Below, piece after piece: positions 35,441-38,051 of a stretch of 38,051 bases of DNA. Every line of letters starts with the position of its first letter. The first letter of the stretch is position 1. A model generated the notes under the pieces. It saw only the letters and a list, made by a program, of their open reading frames with translations. It made no database searches and was not told the DNA's origin. The position numbers were made by a program, and so were the translations under genes. This DNA is from a virus (taxonomy: Duplodnaviria > Caudoviricetes), in the IMG/VR virus record IMGVR_UViG_3300030376_000763, positions 1 to 38,051 of that record. One strand, written 5' to 3'.

Positions 35441-35877
35441 TAGTCTACATACCCTCCCTGCTTAAATATTCTTTTGATCTTAGGTCTATTTCTTTCTAGA
35501 GCAGGTTGCATAAATGGTCTAGGGTCTATAGTAGATGTGCCAAACTCTAAATAAGGTGCGTATGGTGCAGATGCTACTATTTGCCCTACAACAGATGTGC
35601 CTTGTTGTTTTACGCTAGAGGTTATATTGCTTACTAAGAATCCTGTATCTGATGCAGGTGGCTCGCCTTTAGCTGATGCTGTGTGTTGCCTTCTAGGATT
35701 ATACTTTTGGTAAGTAATACCAGTACCGCCCTTCATAATACTTTGTTTTGCGTGTCCTTCTACTAGCGTGGTTGATCTCTGCACTAAGTGTTTTAAATGT
35801 TTTTCAGGATTATCTACAATACGTTTCTTAAGTTTCTTTTGAAAACCTTGTAGATTTTGGATGCCGCTTTTAGCCAT
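35440..35877 (-). CDS. HK97 gp10-family tail completion protein
   Basis: PASDTG.L, APYA.YLEFGT, PRPFMQPA. Confidence 0.92.
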   Translation of the reverse strand: MAKSGIQNLQGFQKKLKKRIVDNPEKHLKHLVQRSTTLVEGHAKQSIMKGGTGITYQKYNPRRQHTASAKGEPPASDTGFLVSNITSSVKQQGTSVVGQIVASAPYAPYLEFGTSTIDPRPFMQPALERNRPKIKRIFKQGGYVD

Positions 35878-35947
35878 AGGTTAAATGAAATCATAGACCT
35901 ATCAAAATAACAACAAAAACTTTTTGTAATTATTTGTAAAAAAAGAC

Positions 35948-35981
35948 TTGTAATATCCTGTTAATAGTCCATAATGTATTT
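35948..35981 (+). promoter_or_regulatory. Sigma70-like promoter of the inserted gene with operator-like site (35965-35981)
   Basis: TTGTAA-N16-CATAAT; site TAGTCC-ATAAT-GTATTT. Confidence 0.75.
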
Positions 35982-36004
35982 ATAAATTGATTAAAGGAGA
36001 TAAA

Positions 36005-36331
36005 ATGACAAAAGAAACTAAATACTACAAAGCAGAGGTTGATGGAAGAGTCTGCGTAAGACAAAGCAAAAACGACTACACAGTAGCAATGGTTGTTTCA
36101 AGAGAAGGTCGTTCAGGTTTAGCCTCTTTCAATACAAAAGAGCAAACAAAATCTCGTGTTTTAAATCACCTAACACCTTCTAAAATGACTGGTGGTAAAT
36201 GGGTCAAATATTTAGATGATAACGGAACTGTTGTTGATCACAAAGCAAGATACGATAGCACTACTGTTTGGGCAGTTAAAGCAGTCCAGATAACAAAAGA
36301 AGAGTATAAATTAATAAAGGAGCAGGCATAA
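36005..36331 (+). CDS. Moron-like hypothetical protein on the opposite strand (ends KEQA)
   Basis: AAGGAGATAAAATG leader, own promoter and terminal hairpin. Confidence 0.8.
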   Translation: MTKETKYYKAEVDGRVCVRQSKNDYTVAMVVSREGRSGLASFNTKEQTKSRVLNHLTPSKMTGGKWVKYLDDNGTVVDHKARYDSTTVWAVKAVQITKEEYKLIKEQA

Positions 36332-36344
36332 AGCCTGTTCTTTT
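36316..36344 (+). terminator. Hairpin over the stop codon, probable terminator
   Basis: AAAGGAGCAGGC-ATAAA-GCCTGTTCTTTT. Confidence 0.65.
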
Positions 36345-36345
36345 A

Positions 36346-36669
36346 TTACAAAGCCACCCCACGTTCACACTCTAACTCTAGGTATCTGTCTCTGTTGTCT
36401 ATGTTCTTTATAAATTTTATGTTGTAGTTGTCACTGTCGTAACGTATGCGGTAATTAGTACCTATATCCCTTCTATAACGTATCGTAAAGATATGAGTTG
36501 TCTTTTCCTGTACTTGACCCTGCCTAAGCGTTTCATTGCCCCTAGTGGTCTCTATATTAGCGTACAGGTTAGATAGAGTTGTGTAGGCTTCTGTTATACC
36601 ACCGCCTGCATCTCTAGTATTTGTGGGTTTTTGCAATTCTATCTCAAATCGCATTTTGCCTATACTCAT
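36346..36669 (-). CDS. Head closure / head-tail adaptor protein (SPP1 gp16-like)
   Basis: IGKMR..I.LQ, D..GG, F.IRYR, Y.I..I motifs. Confidence 0.9.
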   Translation of the reverse strand: MSIGKMRFEIELQKPTNTRDAGGGITEAYTTLSNLYANIETTRGNETLRQGQVQEKTTHIFTIRYRRDIGTNYRIRYDSDNYNIKFIKNIDNRDRYLELECERGVAL

Positions 36670-37322
36670 TAGCCTAATGACATTAATGAACTTGAACCAA
36701 GACCACCATGTATGACGTAAGGTGCATATAGGCTTTTCATAAGTGTAGGTGCGCCCTGTGCCTCGTACATATCACCCCTATGCTCATACATATAAGCTAT
36801 ATGCTGCAACATACCTAATCTTATTGGTTCAGGTATGGCGTAAGCAGTTGTGTAACCTGCTACATAAACAACTTCTATGGCATTGGCTACTCTTAATGCT
36901 GTAGGAAATGTTTCTCCAGTTCTTAGTACGATTCTTGCAGGCTCTCTTTGTGTATCTACGTAATACTTTGAAGCTGACATAGTTGTAGCGGTATCGCTAT
37001 CGTTATAAGTCTTAACAGACGTAACACTAATTACAGGTGACTTAGGTAAAACAACATAGTTCTTGTAGTAGTTAATATCAGGTGCAGTTCTCATGCCTTC
37101 CCATAGAGGACTCTCTGTGTCTAGTGCGGTGTCTATTGTTAAAGTAAAAGTCTGTTGCATTAAGGCTCTGTTCATGTGTTCTTCTGCGAACTGCCTTGCC
37201 GCTATGATTAAAGGTTGTACTACCCTTTCATCAGTAGCATCATCAACCCTTAGATATTCCTTGACCTCTTGTAAAGATAAAGGCTCTGCTGTCGGTTCTG
37301 TGGTTACTTTAAATCCTGCCAT
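36669..37322 (-). CDS. Head-tail connector protein (HK97 gp6-like)
   Basis: Start MAGFKV at 37322; EPLSL.EVK.YLRVD, AAR..AE, Y.AGY, P.PI, YEHRG. Confidence 0.92.
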   Translation of the reverse strand: MAGFKVTTEPTAEPLSLQEVKEYLRVDDATDERVVQPLIIAARQFAEEHMNRALMQQTFTLTIDTALDTESPLWEGMRTAPDINYYKNYVVLPKSPVISVTSVKTYNDSDTATTMSASKYYVDTQREPARIVLRTGETFPTALRVANAIEVVYVAGYTTAYAIPEPIRLGMLQHIAYMYEHRGDMYEAQGAPTLMKSLYAPYVIHGGLGSSSLMSLG

Positions 37323-37516
37323 TACACTAATGCTCCAAATATTCCTGATGTTATAGCAACACCATATAATCCCCAAATAAGGTACTCCATTCGCACGAAA
37401 CGAGCCGAACCTGACTCTAACCTCTTTTCAAGGTTTTCGTACCTTATAGCGCAAATCTGTTCGTGCAGTTCTAAAGCACTTACATCATTGCTTAGTTTCT
37501 TCTCCTGACTCGTCAA
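37322..37516 (-). CDS. Small coiled-coil protein with C-terminal TM segment
   Basis: HE.ICA.RY..L.KRL, hydrophobic C terminus; TTG start. Confidence 0.65.
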   Translation of the reverse strand: MTSQEKKLSNDVSALELHEQICAIRYENLEKRLESGSARFVRMEYLIWGLYGVAITSGIFGALV

Positions 37517-37808
37517 CTACTTCTGCCTCCTCAACCTCAGTCTCTTCTTCGGTTTTGTTGATCTCGTTATCTAATATCCATTTTTTTCTACGTTCTGTGT
37601 TGTTGGCATTGTCGTCAATATCAAGTTGTATTTTTATCAATGAACCTTGTAACTGACCTAAATCTCTTTGGTAATCTAGCAATCTTGCAAACTGTATCTT
37701 TCCTTGATCAGAAAATGTGTTTGCATCTACTTCAACTACCTCGCCATCTTTCTCATAACTGAACGTAGGTTTAGGGTTTTCATTTGAATTATCTTTGGTA
37801 TCTACCAT
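37485..37808 (-). CDS. Hypothetical coiled-coil protein
   Basis: AGGAG SD; acidic C terminus. Confidence 0.7.
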   Translation of the reverse strand: MVDTKDNSNENPKPTFSYEKDGEVVEVDANTFSDQGKIQFARLLDYQRDLGQLQGSLIKIQLDIDDNANNTERRKKWILDNEINKTEEETEVEEAEVVDESGEETKQ

Positions 37809-37834
37809 GTCTTTCTCCTAAGTTAAAAATATAA

Positions 37835-38051
37835 TCATAGCATATTGGCTTCATTTGCACTCTTTTTTGCAGCCTTTACTTCATCTGTCCATACTGCATT
37901 TGCTATAGCTTGTACTTCTGTAGACTCACCTGATATGTCTGTGTCTGCATGTGTCCATGAACTTCCATCATGTAATGATGTTACACATTCTAATGTTTTT
38001 CTTTGAAAAGACCTTGTAAGTTCTTTACCATCTTCTTTAATTACAGTAGCC
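37835..38051 (-). CDS. Partial hypothetical protein (type often found beside fibre genes in marine phages); truncated by the right edge
   Basis: Open frame ...ATVIKEDGKELTRSFQRK...DTDISGESTEVQAIANAVWTDEVK...ML*. Confidence 0.65.
   Translation of the reverse strand, partial: ATVIKEDGKELTRSFQRKTLECVTSLHDGSSWTHADTDISGESTEVQAIANAVWTDEVKAAKKSANEANML

Overview
This is most of an AT-rich, HK97-type siphovirus genome. It is probably a marine phage of a Gram-negative host, inferred from the spanins, curli genes and 2OG-Fe(II) oxygenase. Nearly all genes are on the minus strand. Reading along that strand from the right: head-tail connectors, tail module (with a -1 frameshift chaperone), two GNAT-like genes, a curli-like secretion/signalling operon (csgF, csgG, two curlin-repeat proteins, FecR-domain protein, CHASE2 adenylate cyclase) and a lysis cassette. 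The early/replication region follows (replication initiator, Cro-like HTH, exonuclease, Sak-like annealase, SSB-like, small genes), then terminase, portal, protease and major capsid. No integrase, CI repressor, tRNA or CRISPR is visible. Three features are not explained by the gene list. (1) A ~490-nt promoter-driven non-coding region at 17132-17622 is closed by a 28-bp helix whose only non-Watson-Crick pairs are four G-U wobbles and is packed with hairpins, making it a candidate large structured phage ncRNA. (2) Five small unrelated genes are built as stereotyped cassettes (16-bp-spacer promoter, shared leader, conserved sequence around the stop codon). (3) Ten copies of a 17-bp pseudo-palindrome overlap the early promoters. 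All protein calls are by motif recognition and gene context only; no searches were run.
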